Of a DNA stretch of 64,000 nt, positions 1 through 11,048 are shown piece after piece. The notes below the pieces were generated by a model that did not search any database, was not told the origin of the DNA, and saw only the letters and a list, made by a program, of their open reading frames with translations. The stretch spans positions 32,001 to 96,000 of the forward strand of contig CAVTNR010000028.1 in assembly GCA_963736115.1 (NCBI GenBank), in the 5' to 3' direction. The position numbers were made by a program, and so were the translations under genes. The stretch's first letter is position 1, and every line of letters starts with the position of its first letter. Origin of the DNA: an uncultured bacterium. Lineage in GTDB: Bacteria > Zhuqueibacterota > QNDG01 > DTFT01.

Positions 1-2057
1 TCGAGCCGGCCCCGCTTCATCTCGATCAATGCCCGCAACAGGGCGATTGCGCCCGGCCTTTCGTCCCCTCCGTCCGGACCGCCGCCATCCGGGAGCAGGG
101 AGAGAAGCCGTTCCGCGGCCGCGATCGAATCGATGGCCAGTGCGGATCGTGCACGGGAGACCAGCCGGATCACTTCGTTCGGATCCGTGACGCACGAAGG
201 CGGCAGGTCCGAGACCCAGCGGCCGGCGTCTCCGGAACCGCGGACTGCTGCAATGCGATGCCGCATCAGCCGGGTCTTCACCCAGAGCGGATCCGCCGGC
301 GGCCGGGAGCTCAATTGATCGAGACAGGCCAGTGCCGAATCCGTCAGCAGGGGATTTGGCTCCAGAATCGATCGCCGGAAAAAGCCATCCGCCATCATGA
401 ACCAGGCGGAATCAGCCCGGTCCGAATTCGCCGCGGATCTCAGCCAGGACAGAAAACGGGACCGCGATGCGGAATAGTCCTTGAGGGATTCGAAATAAAA
501 AAGACCGAGGTCGTACTCAAAGAAGGGCGAAGGCGTTCCGAGAGAAGCGTTGAGTATGGGCGCGAGCCGGCCCGCGAGGCCGGTGCCCTGAAGCGGGATC
601 GTCCATTCAATCCGTTCGAGAAGAACGCCTGCGGAATCGGCCCATGGAGAAAATGGCTGATCCGCGGTCAGTCTTCTCAGCAGGAGGCGCGCTTCCCCGG
701 CGCGGCCGAGTCTTGCGAGACCGCGGGCATAGCGGAATTGCGATTCCGGAATGCAGGGGCTGGCGGGAAACGCGTTCCAGAGCTTTTCAAGGGATCCGAA
801 CGCCTCCTCCGGCCTGCCGGTCCTTTCCATGTCAATCACCGCCTTGCGGATCAGGACGCGATCGACACAGGGATTGTCCGGAAATTCGAAGAGAAAGCGG
901 CTGTAGGATGCGGAGGCTTCCGCATCGGCTCCCCGGCCGGCCTGAGTATCCGCCAGCCCGAGCCGGGAAAGAGCCCGGACCGGCGCCGGCGCCTGTTCCG
1001 CGAGAGGGAGAAAAGCGGCCTCCGCCTCGTCCGGCCGGTTCATCCGGAGGAGAACCATCGCGGCTTCGAACCCCGCGGACGGTCCGCGGATTCCGGCAGG
1101 ATCGACATTCTGAAAAGACTTCAATGCGTCGGCCGGTCTTCCCGAAGCGGACTGCGACAACCCCAGCCACCAGCGGATATCATCCCCGTCCACGGGTTCC
1201 GCGCCTGCGGCAAGAACGCCTTCGAAAGATTGACAGGCGTCCGCATGATCCCCCATCAGGGCCTCGATACGGCCGAGCCTGAATCCTGCGATCCGCCTGA
1301 GACTGTCAACGACTCCTGGAGACGACAGTACTGCACGAAACTGGGCCTTCGCAGGGCTCCAATCACCGATTTCCGAATGAATCGACCCCAGCCGGACCGA
1401 TGCTTCAAACCGGTCCGGATCGCGGGCCGGCCGGGCTGCAATCGGCTGAAGAAGACGCATGGCCTCGTCCGGACGGTTGCGTCTCATCAGGATGTCCGAC
1501 AGCAGGAAAGCCGCCTTGGAGCGTGATTCCGGATACTCCGGAGACTCCAGAACAGCGGTCAACAGGGCTTCCGCTCTTTCGAGGCTGTCCGATCGCACGG
1601 CGAGAAAAGCGGATCTGAGAAGACTCTCGCCCGCCCATCTGGATTTCGGATGCAGGAGTTGAACCTGCCGGTAGCTCTGGGAGGCCGCGCCGGTTCTGCC
1701 GGAAAGCTCGAAGCATTCGGCCATCCGAAACTGGGCCAGGTCCGGATTCTTCGCATCCGGATATCGGAGAATGTAGCGCAGGAAGGCTTCCCGGGCGGCG
1801 TCAAAACGCTTCAGACGAAATAGGGACTCCGCCGCCATCCACTGCGCGTCCGGAGATTTCGGGCTGGTCGGGTAACGGTCCGGAAACGCTTCGAATTGGA
1901 TGGCGGAGAGCTCGAAAAGGCCTTCGCGGAACAGTCGTTCGCCGTAGGCGAAATCCTGCTGTTCCTGCGACGGCTGTCCGGAAGCGGCTACGGCCGCACC
2001 GATGATTAAGAGGAAGAACCACGAGGTTCCGGGGAAATGAGGCTGTCGTCTAGTCAT
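1..2057 (-). CDS. Large secreted TPR-repeat protein (partial, runs off the window's left edge)
   Basis: Not in the ORF track. Manual translation from ATG 2057 gives MTRRQPHFPGTSWFFLLIIGAAVAASG (signal peptide), then TPR-like repeats such as FPDRYPTSPKSPDAQWMAAESLF and YILRYPDAKNPDLAQFRMAECF. I translated only the 5' part by hand. Confidence 0.8.
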   Translation of the reverse strand, partial: MTRRQPHFPGTSWFFLLIIGAAVAASGQPSQEQQDFAYGERLFREGLFELSAIQFEAFPDRYPTSPKSPDAQWMAAESLFRLKRFDAAREAFLRYILRYPDAKNPDLAQFRMAECFELSGRTGAASQSYRQVQLLHPKSRWAGESLLRSAFLAVRSDSLERAEALLTAVLESPEYPESRSKAAFLLSDILMRRNRPDEAMRLLQPIAARPARDPDRFEASVRLGSIHSEIGDWSPAKAQFRAVLSSPGVVDSLRRIAGFRLGRIEALMGDHADACQSFEGVLAAGAEPVDGDDIRWWLGLSQSASGRPADALKSFQNVDPAGIRGPSAGFEAAMVLLRMNRPDEAEAAFLPLAEQAPAPVRALSRLGLADTQAGRGADAEASASYSRFLFEFPDNPCVDRVLIRKAVIDMERTGRPEEAFGSLEKLWNAFPASPCIPESQFRYARGLARLGRAGEARLLLRRLTADQPFSPWADSAGVLLERIEWTIPLQGTGLAGRLAPILNASLGTPSPFFEYDLGLFYFESLKDYSASRSRFLSWLRSAANSDRADSAWFMMADGFFRRSILEPNPLLTDSALACLDQLSSRPPADPLWVKTRLMRHRIAAVRGSGDAGRWVSDLPPSCVTDPNEVIRLVSRARSALAIDSIAAAERLLSLLPDGGGPDGGDERPGAIALLRALIEMKRGRL

Positions 2058-2118
2058 CGCAGGGAGCCGTTCTGGATGATCGGGAGTACGTTCGCGTCCT
2101 GCGGACAGACCGGTCCGT

Positions 2119-3297
2119 TCAGGGCCGGGCGGGTTCCGGCTGGCTTTTTTTCTCGGATTCCAGAAGCAGACGGAGTCTTTCCAGCTCTTCCTCGACCTTC
2201 TTCCGCTCGGCCTGAATCCGAGCCAGCTCCTGCTCCGCGGATTCCATGTCGCTCTGGCTATCGATCATCTTCTCGAGAATAGCCTGCCTGTCCTTGGCGG
2301 TTTGCTCCAGGCCGGATTTTTCCGACCGGTAGAGAGAACGTGGCAGAATGGCCAGCCGGATGCCGAGAATGCCGCGCCAGGAGGGATAATTGGGGAAATT
2401 CTTCTCTTTCGGCTTCACGTAACGGTAGTCGGTAAGGTCCTCCCCGGTCAGCAGGCTTTTATCAAACCCCATTTCCGCGCTGATCCAGCGCCTGAAACGG
2501 TAAGCGACGCCCAACGTGAGGTAGGACGCGTATTCCCGGCTGTAGGCGGGATCCGGCGGACGGGATAGAAACGTCCGACCGTTCATCTCCGCTGAAAAAC
2601 TGAACTGGTCCGACGGAAGGAGAAAACCCAATCCGGCCAGAAATTCGGAACTCATGCGCTGGGCCGACGGCGCGCCGGGAACCCGGGACAGGGAGCGGCC
2701 GACGTCATTGTGGTTCAGGTATCCCAGATTGGCGTGACAGGACCAGCCGGTTTCCGGGAAAAGCGCGTTGCGGTGATACGAAGCCAGTGCCGTCAGCTGA
2801 ACCGAGACGTTTCCCGCGGAATAGGGTTCGTATATGACATTGTGCACCTTCGCGGTCGGCAGACGCAGGGTCAACAGGCCTCCCCACACCCACGGGCTTT
2901 CCAGACCCCGGAAGGACCCGAATTTGACGGATGCCAGGATATCGTCCGGGAAATTGGCCTGGCCGTCCCAGAAATTGCCCCCCTGGCCGTTGATGTCCTG
3001 ATACAGAATGGGCGTGAGGGACAGTTCCACGTGCGGACCCGCGCCGTAATTGACCGACAGGGAATTCTGAACGTCCCACAGCATATACGCCCGCGTCGAC
3101 CCGCCGAAACTCGCGATTTTTCCGAAGTACCGAACTCCCGAGTAGAGTTCAAGCCTTCCCTTCTCCAAAGTCGACGCCGAATGCACGTATACCAGCCCCC
3201 TGCCGCCGTTCATCGGCGTGGCCAGCAGAACGCCGAAGCCGAGGAGCGCGGGAAGCGCGATTCCGAATGCTGAAAAAGATTTCACGATCGGTTTCAT
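2119..3297 (-). CDS. Hypothetical outer-membrane beta-barrel-like protein with C-terminal coiled coil
   Basis: Signal peptide MKPIVKSFSAFGIALPALLG, amphipathic beta-strand pattern, heptad-rich C-terminus. ATGA overlap with the upstream gene. Confidence 0.6.
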   Translation of the reverse strand: MKPIVKSFSAFGIALPALLGFGVLLATPMNGGRGLVYVHSASTLEKGRLELYSGVRYFGKIASFGGSTRAYMLWDVQNSLSVNYGAGPHVELSLTPILYQDINGQGGNFWDGQANFPDDILASVKFGSFRGLESPWVWGGLLTLRLPTAKVHNVIYEPYSAGNVSVQLTALASYHRNALFPETGWSCHANLGYLNHNDVGRSLSRVPGAPSAQRMSSEFLAGLGFLLPSDQFSFSAEMNGRTFLSRPPDPAYSREYASYLTLGVAYRFRRWISAEMGFDKSLLTGEDLTDYRYVKPKEKNFPNYPSWRGILGIRLAILPRSLYRSEKSGLEQTAKDRQAILEKMIDSQSDMESAEQELARIQAERKKVEEELERLRLLLESEKKSQPEPARP

Positions 3298-4034
3298 CGA
3301 ACCTCTGCTCTTTTTCCGTTTTCCTTCTCCGCAATGAGACAGTTGGCTCGGAAAAGCGATTCGAATGTTCCGGCATCCGTCCACCCACCGTTCAGTATTT
3401 CGAACGTCATCTGGCCTTTGCGGATATAGTGATTGTTCACGTCCGTGATCTCCAGTTCGCCCCGGTTCGACGGCTTCAAGGTTTTGATCACGTCGAATAC
3501 GAAGCGGTCGTACATGTAGATGCCGGTGACGGCGAATCGGGATTTCGGGGACTTCGGTTTTTCCTCGATCCCTGCGATACGGTCGCCCCGGATTTCCGCG
3601 ACACCGAAGCGCTCCGGATCCTCGACCTCCTTGAGCAGAATTTTGGATCCGGTCTCCTGTTCCGAGAAGCGGCGGACGGCGCCCGAAATGTCGGCCTCAA
3701 TGATGTTGTCGCCGAGTATGACCGCGATCGGTTCCCCGTCCGAGAAGGCCTCAGCCAGATCGAGGGCCTCGGCGATGCCGCCCTCCCCCTCCTGGTAGGT
3801 GTAATGCAGGTCCTTCAGCCCGAAATCCCGGCCGTTCCCGAGGAGGCGGAGAAATTCACCCGCATTGTTGCCGCCCGTGACGATGAGAATCTCCCGGATG
3901 CCGGCCGTGACCAGAGTCCCGATCGGATAATAGATCATGGGCTTGTTGTATATGGGAAGCAGGTGCTTATTCGTCACCTTGGTCAGAGGCAGGAGGCGCG
4001 TTCCCAGTCCGCCCGCCAGTACGACGCCTTTCAT
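3294..4034 (-). CDS. Glucose-1-phosphate thymidylyltransferase family (RmlA/SpsI-like)
   Basis: GVVLAGGLGTRLLPLT, KHLLPIYNKPMI, EEKPKSPKS, RGELEITD motifs. Confidence 0.92.
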   Translation of the reverse strand: MKGVVLAGGLGTRLLPLTKVTNKHLLPIYNKPMIYYPIGTLVTAGIREILIVTGGNNAGEFLRLLGNGRDFGLKDLHYTYQEGEGGIAEALDLAEAFSDGEPIAVILGDNIIEADISGAVRRFSEQETGSKILLKEVEDPERFGVAEIRGDRIAGIEEKPKSPKSRFAVTGIYMYDRFVFDVIKTLKPSNRGELEITDVNNHYIRKGQMTFEILNGGWTDAGTFESLFRANCLIAEKENGKRAEVR

Positions 4035-4061
4035 CCGCGATCCCGTCCTTTCCCCGTCCGG

Positions 4062-4556
4062 TCACTCCCGATTGCTGTAATAATCAGCCAACATGAACAT
4101 GTAATAGAACTGGACCAGGATGGCCAGCTTGGAGACGAAATCAAAGAAACGGGTGATCCAGTGGAATGTCGTTCCGTTGACGATAATCGTGTCTCCGGGC
4201 CTGAGCGTGGGAATCAGCCGCTGGTCCGCGGTTTCCACGTATTTCTTCACATCGATCTTGTACACGACACTGCCCCGTTTCGGGTCGTTCCGGATGATTT
4301 TAATCTCGTTGAGCCGGGCATTCTCGTTCGGGCCGCCCGCAAAGGAAAGAAGGGCGACGAGGTCGGTGTTGTCCGGAACCATGTACTGACCGGGTTTCTG
4401 GACGAATCCCCAGATGTTCACCGGAATCAACAGTTCGTCGCTGGACCCCAGATAATACTGCGCCGCACGGTCGATGGAAGGATTCTGCGGGATCCCCTGG
4501 GAAAAGAGGCCCGCAACCGGCAGAATCAGCAGGACGCACAACCACGCTTTTTTCAT
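4062..4556 (-). CDS. SLBB-domain (polysaccharide export-associated) protein
   Basis: Signal peptide; VNIWGFVQKPGQY..LVALLSFAGG and LRPGDTIIV SLBB motifs. Confidence 0.8.
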   Translation of the reverse strand: MKKAWLCVLLILPVAGLFSQGIPQNPSIDRAAQYYLGSSDELLIPVNIWGFVQKPGQYMVPDNTDLVALLSFAGGPNENARLNEIKIIRNDPKRGSVVYKIDVKKYVETADQRLIPTLRPGDTIIVNGTTFHWITRFFDFVSKLAILVQFYYMFMLADYYSNRE

Positions 4557-4563
4557 GACATCC

Positions 4564-5286
4564 TCATTGGATGGTGACGGATACCCAGGGACTTTCGGAA
4601 CCGCAGCGGGATTCGTTTCCGATAATGTCGACGCGCCATTCATAAGCGCGACCGATGATCAACCGGTTGACGGAGGCCGTGCCGTCCGTGTTATAGGTCG
4701 CGGACTGATATTCTTCTCCGTAACGGGCCTGAACCGCGCCGATCCAGACAATGCCCCCGGTCGTTTTGTCCTGAACCCGCACGATATAGGCGTTCGCGTG
4801 GGGAGAATTGTCATCCCGCCACCGGAATTCCGGTATGTCTCCGCAGGTTTCGCTGGGCTGAAGATCCTGGGCTTTCCGGATCAGCCTGTAACTTAAGGTG
4901 TCCGATGAATTACTGCGGCCGCCTTCGCCGTCAATGGCATTGACCGTGTAATAATACCGCGGATCGATTGAAGGGACCGTATCTTCGGTGTAACGCTGGC
5001 CCGGATCCTGAATGGTCACGATCTTCGAAAATGGACCCTGAGTGGAAACCGACCGGTTCACTTCATAACCTTCGGTTCTCTCATCGCCGTTGTCCGTCCA
5101 TTCGATCCGGATGGCGTTCCCTTCAGGGACTGCGTCCATGCCGCGCTCGACCCGGCAGGTGTCATCCACACCCGGTATCAGCCGGACTGCGGCGGGGCGC
5201 ACACGGCTCGGCCCCGAACTGTTCTTGCAATTAAAATTAATAAAAATAAGCACAAATAGCAAGAAAAAAACGGCTGAAGTTCTCAT
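4564..5286 (-). CDS. Putative lipoprotein with fibronectin type III-like domains
   Basis: Hydrophobic signal ending NFNC; FnIII-like IEWTD..GYEVNRS..YYYTVNAID..GGRS. Confidence 0.65.
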   Translation of the reverse strand: MRTSAVFFLLFVLIFINFNCKNSSGPSRVRPAAVRLIPGVDDTCRVERGMDAVPEGNAIRIEWTDNGDERTEGYEVNRSVSTQGPFSKIVTIQDPGQRYTEDTVPSIDPRYYYTVNAIDGEGGRSNSSDTLSYRLIRKAQDLQPSETCGDIPEFRWRDDNSPHANAYIVRVQDKTTGGIVWIGAVQARYGEEYQSATYNTDGTASVNRLIIGRAYEWRVDIIGNESRCGSESPWVSVTIQ

Positions 5287-5300
5287 ATAAAACCTCGTGT

Positions 5301-6333
5301 CTAGAAGGAGATCGAACAACCGACCCTGTGAAGGCTGTTCAGTGAATGGGATACGAATGCATAGTCGGCTTCCAGGAAACCTATTTTCAGGCCTGCGCCC
5401 GCGGTCAGGCGGCCGTCATCCGAACCGATTCTGAGAGCCATATGCGAAAAGCCCTGAAATTCCAATCCGGAGCGGTCGATTCCCCCCCATTTCGAATCAT
5501 GGTCATAGGCCAGGAGCACAGCCGTATTCCGGACCGGAAGCGGGCACCGGTAGGCCATTCCGAACTTCCAGTTCCTGGGCGTTTCGTCCTGATGACGGGT
5601 GTTCCATCGCATGGTGGTCCGCGTCGCGTCCTGAAGGTGAAGACCGATCGAAAACCACCCCGAGTTTATCCGACTGGAACAGATCGTTCAGATGGAAACG
5701 CATCATGGTCCCGATGTCCACGCCCAGACCGGTCGCCGAATAGGATCCCACGGACTGACGGATCCATTTGATATTGATGCCGAAGGGAATGTCGACCCGC
5801 ACCCGGTGATACAGCCAGCCGAGGTCGAGGCGGTTGGCGTTGAGCTTGGAAAACGAGAAGAAAAAGGCGTCTTCCGTGTCCTGAAGAAAACCTTCCGGCC
5901 GGCCGTCCGGCTGAAGCGACCGGTCCCGCAGCCGCTCCAGATAGGATTCTCCTTCCAGCCCCTGATAAACGGGGATGTCGTCCACGGAGAGGCGGATCCA
6001 GTTGACGCCGATCCGCACGTCTCCTTTCATGGGAAGCGCGAGTCCCAGAAAGTGATAATCGCCCAGCGGATTGGCGATCGTTCCGAATTGCGGACCGTAC
6101 ATGGCGGACAGGCGGGGACGCTCGACGAGCGACATGCCCGCGGGATTCCAGTAGAAGGCCGTTCCGTCGTCCGCGACGCCGCAGAAAGCTCCGCCCATGC
6201 CGAGGGCCCGCGGTCCGACTCCGATTTCCAGGAAGGCGTTCGTCGTCTCCTGTCCGTAAACCGGCCGGGTCGGGACAGCCGCGGACGCGAGAAGGAGGAT
6301 GAGGATCGGACCGAGTCTGTCTTGCCATGTCAT
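5301..6333 (-). CDS. PorV/PorQ-family outer membrane protein (one frameshift near 5650)
   Basis: AFLEIGVGPRALGMGGAF..ADDGTAFYWNPAG signature. The C-terminal ADYAF..LHRVGCSISF is in another frame; removing one base from GGGGTGGTTTT joins them. Confidence 0.8.
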
Positions 6334-9300
6334 CTCGTCCGGGCGATTTTGCCGGTGATTTCCTTCCGAAGGGAACCCTGGAGCGCGGTCATGCGGAAGA
6401 AATACACGCCGTTGGCCACGGGTTCGCCCCAGTCATCCGACCCGTCCCAGGCGATCTCATGATAATCCGGAGCGGCCATGGAGGCATCGTCGAAAACACG
6501 GATGAGCTTTCCGGAAACGGTATAAATCTTGAGTGTCAGCCGGTCCACGCGGTTCGCCAGACGGTAGGCGAACACGGTTTCGCGCCGGAACGGGTTGGGA
6601 TGGTTGCCGAGAAACGCCAGATCGAAACGGTCCGCCACAATGAACCGGACAGCCGCCGACCGGGCTGTATTGCCGTGAAGATCCGATGCGGCGATGCGCA
6701 ATGTATGCTCGCCCGCCGAAAGTTCGGGTTCGAAACGAATGCGCCTGCTGAGGTTGCCGGCGCCGCTGTCCGAAGGCAGCCAGGCATAGTCGCTTCGCCG
6801 GGCCTCGTCCAGAAAAATTTCAACAGCCCCGGACCGGCAGTCCACTCCGGACGGATCTTCGATGAGAATGGAAAACCGCGGACGGACGGGGACGAATCCG
6901 CCGTCCGAGAAGAACTGGTCTTCCATTTCAATCTCAATGCGGGGCGGTTCCGTGTCGGTCGCAGGCATGAAGCAGAACAGTCCGGGCCGGGAGGAATCGA
7001 CGGTGATCACCGAGTCCGACGGGGAATAAGGCACCGCAATCCATTCTCCGATATTGCGGTCGAGACGGTAAGGCCTGAATCCGGCCTGCGCAAGCGAATC
7101 GACCAGAACGAAGGTGAGACGCAGAGGAGCGGGAAGCACCGCGTCCTCCCCGATTCCGGCGAATGCAATCCAATGCACCAGGAGAGCGGGTTCTTCGTCC
7201 CTGGACTGACCCCTCGCCCAGTTCAGATCGCTCCGTACGGTCAGAACATCCGGCTCCGGGACGGTTCCCGGCTGAACCAGACAGCGGATACTCCGGACTG
7301 CGCCCATGGATTCAAAGCCCACCGGGATGGGACCTTCGGTTCCGTTCATGGATCCCGCTTCCGGCGTCACGCGGAATACCTTCACCGTCATCCGTTTGGA
7401 GGCCCGGTTGTTGTCCGTCCGGGATTCCGCGAGCGTCCGGTCCGGATCCAGCGAAACGCTGAAGGTGTAAGTGCCGATTCGGGATTCCCATGGGGCCGAG
7501 GCCGTGACCGTCGATCCGGCCGGAACATCCACGGTGTCCGCTCCGGACCATCCGATTTCCGGGCATTCGAACCGGAGGGCCAGACCCGCGAGTGCCGTCT
7601 GTCCGCCGTTGGAAACGGACGCCTGCACGGACACGAAAGATTCCCCGGACAGATCGATACCGGACACGAACGCATCCGCCTGTGTCGGGATGAGCCGAGA
7701 CTGCCAGGCGCTTAGCGTCACGCCGTTTTCCGTTTCAACGCGTATCCGGAACAGAAACGCGGATCCCGGATTGAACGGCCCGATGCGGCGGACTCCGGTG
7801 AACGCCTGTATGTTTTCATCCCATGCCAGCGCCACTGAATCCGCTGAAGGCTGACTGATTTCGCAGACGGCCTTCAGAACCGGATAACGGTCTGTCAACC
7901 GGCATTGCACGGCAATACTGTCCGTCCAGACCGGTTCGGCCGGTACGGTCCAGATGGAGTCGAAATGACTGGATTCGATTGCAAAAGGCCTGAAGGACCG
8001 GCTCTGAAAACCGGAGATTTCATCCCAGGAATGAATGCGTAGTCCGGAAGGTCCGGATCGGAGTTCAGCCGGAAGCGGGACTGAACCGGGTACCGGCCCT
8101 GCGGAAAAGACGGTCTCGACACCGGAGCGGGTTCGGATCGTGGAATCGATTACCTCGATGCGCGCCTGCAGCGGTACCGTTTGTTCTTTCCCAGATGAAA
8201 CGGACGGAATCACCCCTGCCGATGGAGCGCTCGGTCAGGGTGAAATCATTTGAATCCGGGGGGAACGCAAACCGGACGCACGGGTCCCCGATGAGGTTAT
8301 ACTGGTGGACCTCGGATTCAGCCAGATCGGTCCGGTTCTGCATCCGGTACAGCGTTTTTCCCTTTTGAATGATTTCCCCGATGGTCAGGCCGGGCTGGGA
8401 GCGGAAAGCCGTCAGCATATTCTGCATCAAAACGAAATCCGCGTTGGTCCATCCTACAGAGGTCGTTCCGAAGAAAGCGACTGCTCCGGCATCCGGTTTA
8501 CGGATTATGGCTTCGCCGAGACAATCCCTCGAACTTGCGAAATCCCCGGTGAAACAGGTGAGGCTGGTCACAACCGGATACTGGCCTTTATTCTCCAGAG
8601 AATCCACATCGTCCAGGGACATGACGCTCGGATTGCCGTCGGCCCATATGCCTCCTCCACCATGACCTCGAAAGTTGATCCAGGCGATCCCATTATTCAT
8701 GTAATCGAGGAGTTCATCCCGGCCTCCGACTTCCGGATTCGAAATAGTTCCGTGACGATACATACGGTATTGGACTGATGCTTCTCGATATCGATTCATG
8801 GATCAGGGACTGTATCTGTGTGGCGAAAACATACCGTTCAGAACCCGCCATCAATCATGAGGTACTGGTTTCTCCAGGTGGAGGGGGCGCCTGCTCATAT
8901 TCAATGATCTTGGATACATGGCTTTCAACTCCGTCTTGGATCGGACCGGAAGTCGGCCTATCGCAAGATCGGGTTCATCGTCTCCGTCCAGTAAGCGCGT
9001 ACCAGTGATCCGTTGCGGCGCCGCCCAGTTTCATCGTATGAAAGAGAGGCGATGGAATGATATGCGGTCGGCTCTCGGACAGACGGTAATTGAACGCCCC
9101 GTCTCCGACCAGCAGAACAAATCGAGGCGCCGGATTCCACTGGGTTGCAGCGAAACGGAAAAAATCCCGTATGGCTGACGGAGCGGGTATACCGTAATTG
9201 AATTCCGCATAAATGGAATCCAGGCTTGCGGTGACAATGCGGTATCCCTGGCTTTCCCGCAGATCGATCCACGCTTTCAGCGCTTCCCTGCCGAGCGTGT

Positions 9301-11048
9301 CGGAAGGCGTGACAACCAGAATGTCCGCACCGCGTCCGGGAATCCGGAGCGACACCGAGGGCATGTAGGTCACGGTATCCGGCGCCAGCTTTCCGGCCCG
9401 GGTCACGGCGAAGTATTCGACGGATTCGTTTACGACCCGATCCTGAAAAAAGAGAGTGTATCCTTCCCTTCCGAGAGAGTCAGCGGTCAGAAGTGTGCGG
9501 AATCCCGTGAGTTTTCCGGATCCGGATTTGTACAATTCAATGTCCGGGGTTTCGAATCCTTCGATGCGGAAAGGACAAAGAGTTCCCGCTGAAAGGAGGG
9601 GCGGCTTGAAACGGATATAGCGGCCGTCCGCCTTGTAAAGCCTCGGATAGGTCAGGTCGAACCAGTCAATGGACACAATGGAACGCTCGCCTTCCGATGA
9701 GCGGTTGACTGCGGTGAGGGTGTTCCTGCCGTCGATTAAATGGGATGGACTGAAATCTTCGCCGTGAACTATATACGGTGCATTGTCGCTCCAGGCGTCG
9801 GAAAGCATGAGTTTGTCATTGATCAGGAAATCGACCGGCTGAAGTTCCGAACCTGAGGTTTGGCCGTGAAATTTAAGTTCCATGGAAGCGGCCTGTGCCG
9901 CGTACAGATCCGGCTGTGGAATCGTGAAGGACAGGGTGTGGCTCTGGCCTCCACGCGGCGCATAGGTCATGACCCAGTATTCAGGGTCGTCGATTGTATC
10001 TGCGATGCTGTTGCCCAGACGGTTGAAAACCCAATCCTGTTCGATATGTTCCGTCCACGGAAACGATCTCGGAAAAGAAACACTGCCGTCCGTGGCCGGA
10101 ACCGAGACGTTCTGTTCCGCGTAACGGCTGCCGGGTCCGTCTTTGAGCACCAGCCAGACCACATTGTCCGTGGTGTACGGGTTGAGCCGCTTCTCTCCGG
10201 GTTTGGCTGTATCCCATTGTTGTTTTCCGAAAAATTCAACCGCATCCGGAAAATCGAATGATCCGTCCTCCTCGCCGATGACGCGGATGGGAATTTCCCC
10301 TTCCGGGCCGATGATAGAAAGCCGCCTGGGATCGATATCGGATACGTCCCATCCGGCCTTGACGACAAGGCTCCGGGGCACATGGTAAAAACCTTCCTGC
10401 GTGTACCGTATCTGAACGCAGGGCGGGTTATAGGGCAGGGGTTCGGGGAGACATCGGATTTCGACAGGAATGCGGCCTTTCCGGCCGGTTTTTTCCAATC
10501 GGATCCGAGAGGCGGGTGTTCGGATACACGGATATTCGGGGCCGTGACCCGGACCGTTATTCTCTCCGTCCATTTTCCGGAACCGGATCCCGAAGGTTCC
10601 GAATCCGGGTCCAGACGGATCGAGAAAATCCTGCGGCCGCTGCTGCGACCCAGGTCGGTCACCGCAATGGACGTGTTCTTCTCTCCGGCGGTATAAACCC
10701 GATCCGCAGCATCTTCCCGGTCAGGGCAATGTCGTCCGCCCAGACCAGCGGCTGCGGACCCGGGTCTGATGAAACCGAGCGGCTCTCCTCGATCACCTCA
10801 GGGGCGGATCCATCGCACGTGACGAAAACAGTGAGGGCGCGGCGCAAAGCGACACCCGGCCGGCCGGATCCATCCGGCAGGAAGGGCGCGGCGAACTGCG
10901 CGGTCACCCGCACCGCGTCCGTTCCGACCGGAAACGCGGACCAGGAGGCCTGGCCAGCGGATGCTGACCCGCCCGGTCCGACGGGCCCGAAGGCCGCGGC
11001 CAGCATGATCAGGGAAAGGATTCCGCCGGTACTCCGCATTTCAGGCAT
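6330..11048 (-). CDS. PorU-like C25 (gingipain-family) cysteine peptidase with CARDB and FlgD-Ig/T9SS-type C-terminus; split by several frameshifts
   Basis: Fragments carry FVLLVGD, LAIGRLPV, NFRGHGG (His), SLTCFTGDF (Cys), YNLIGDP, CARDB DPDRTLAESRTDNN, and C-terminal NHPNPF..IYTVSGKLIR..WDGSDDWGEPVANGVYF. Confidence 0.8.

Noticed and set aside
258-1526. 422-aa plus-strand ORF and the many other long antisense ORFs (e.g. 13011-14591, 31382-33214, 46817-49888, 52564-54396)
   Set aside because: Shadow ORFs opposite well-supported genes, caused by high-GC codon bias; no recognisable motifs.
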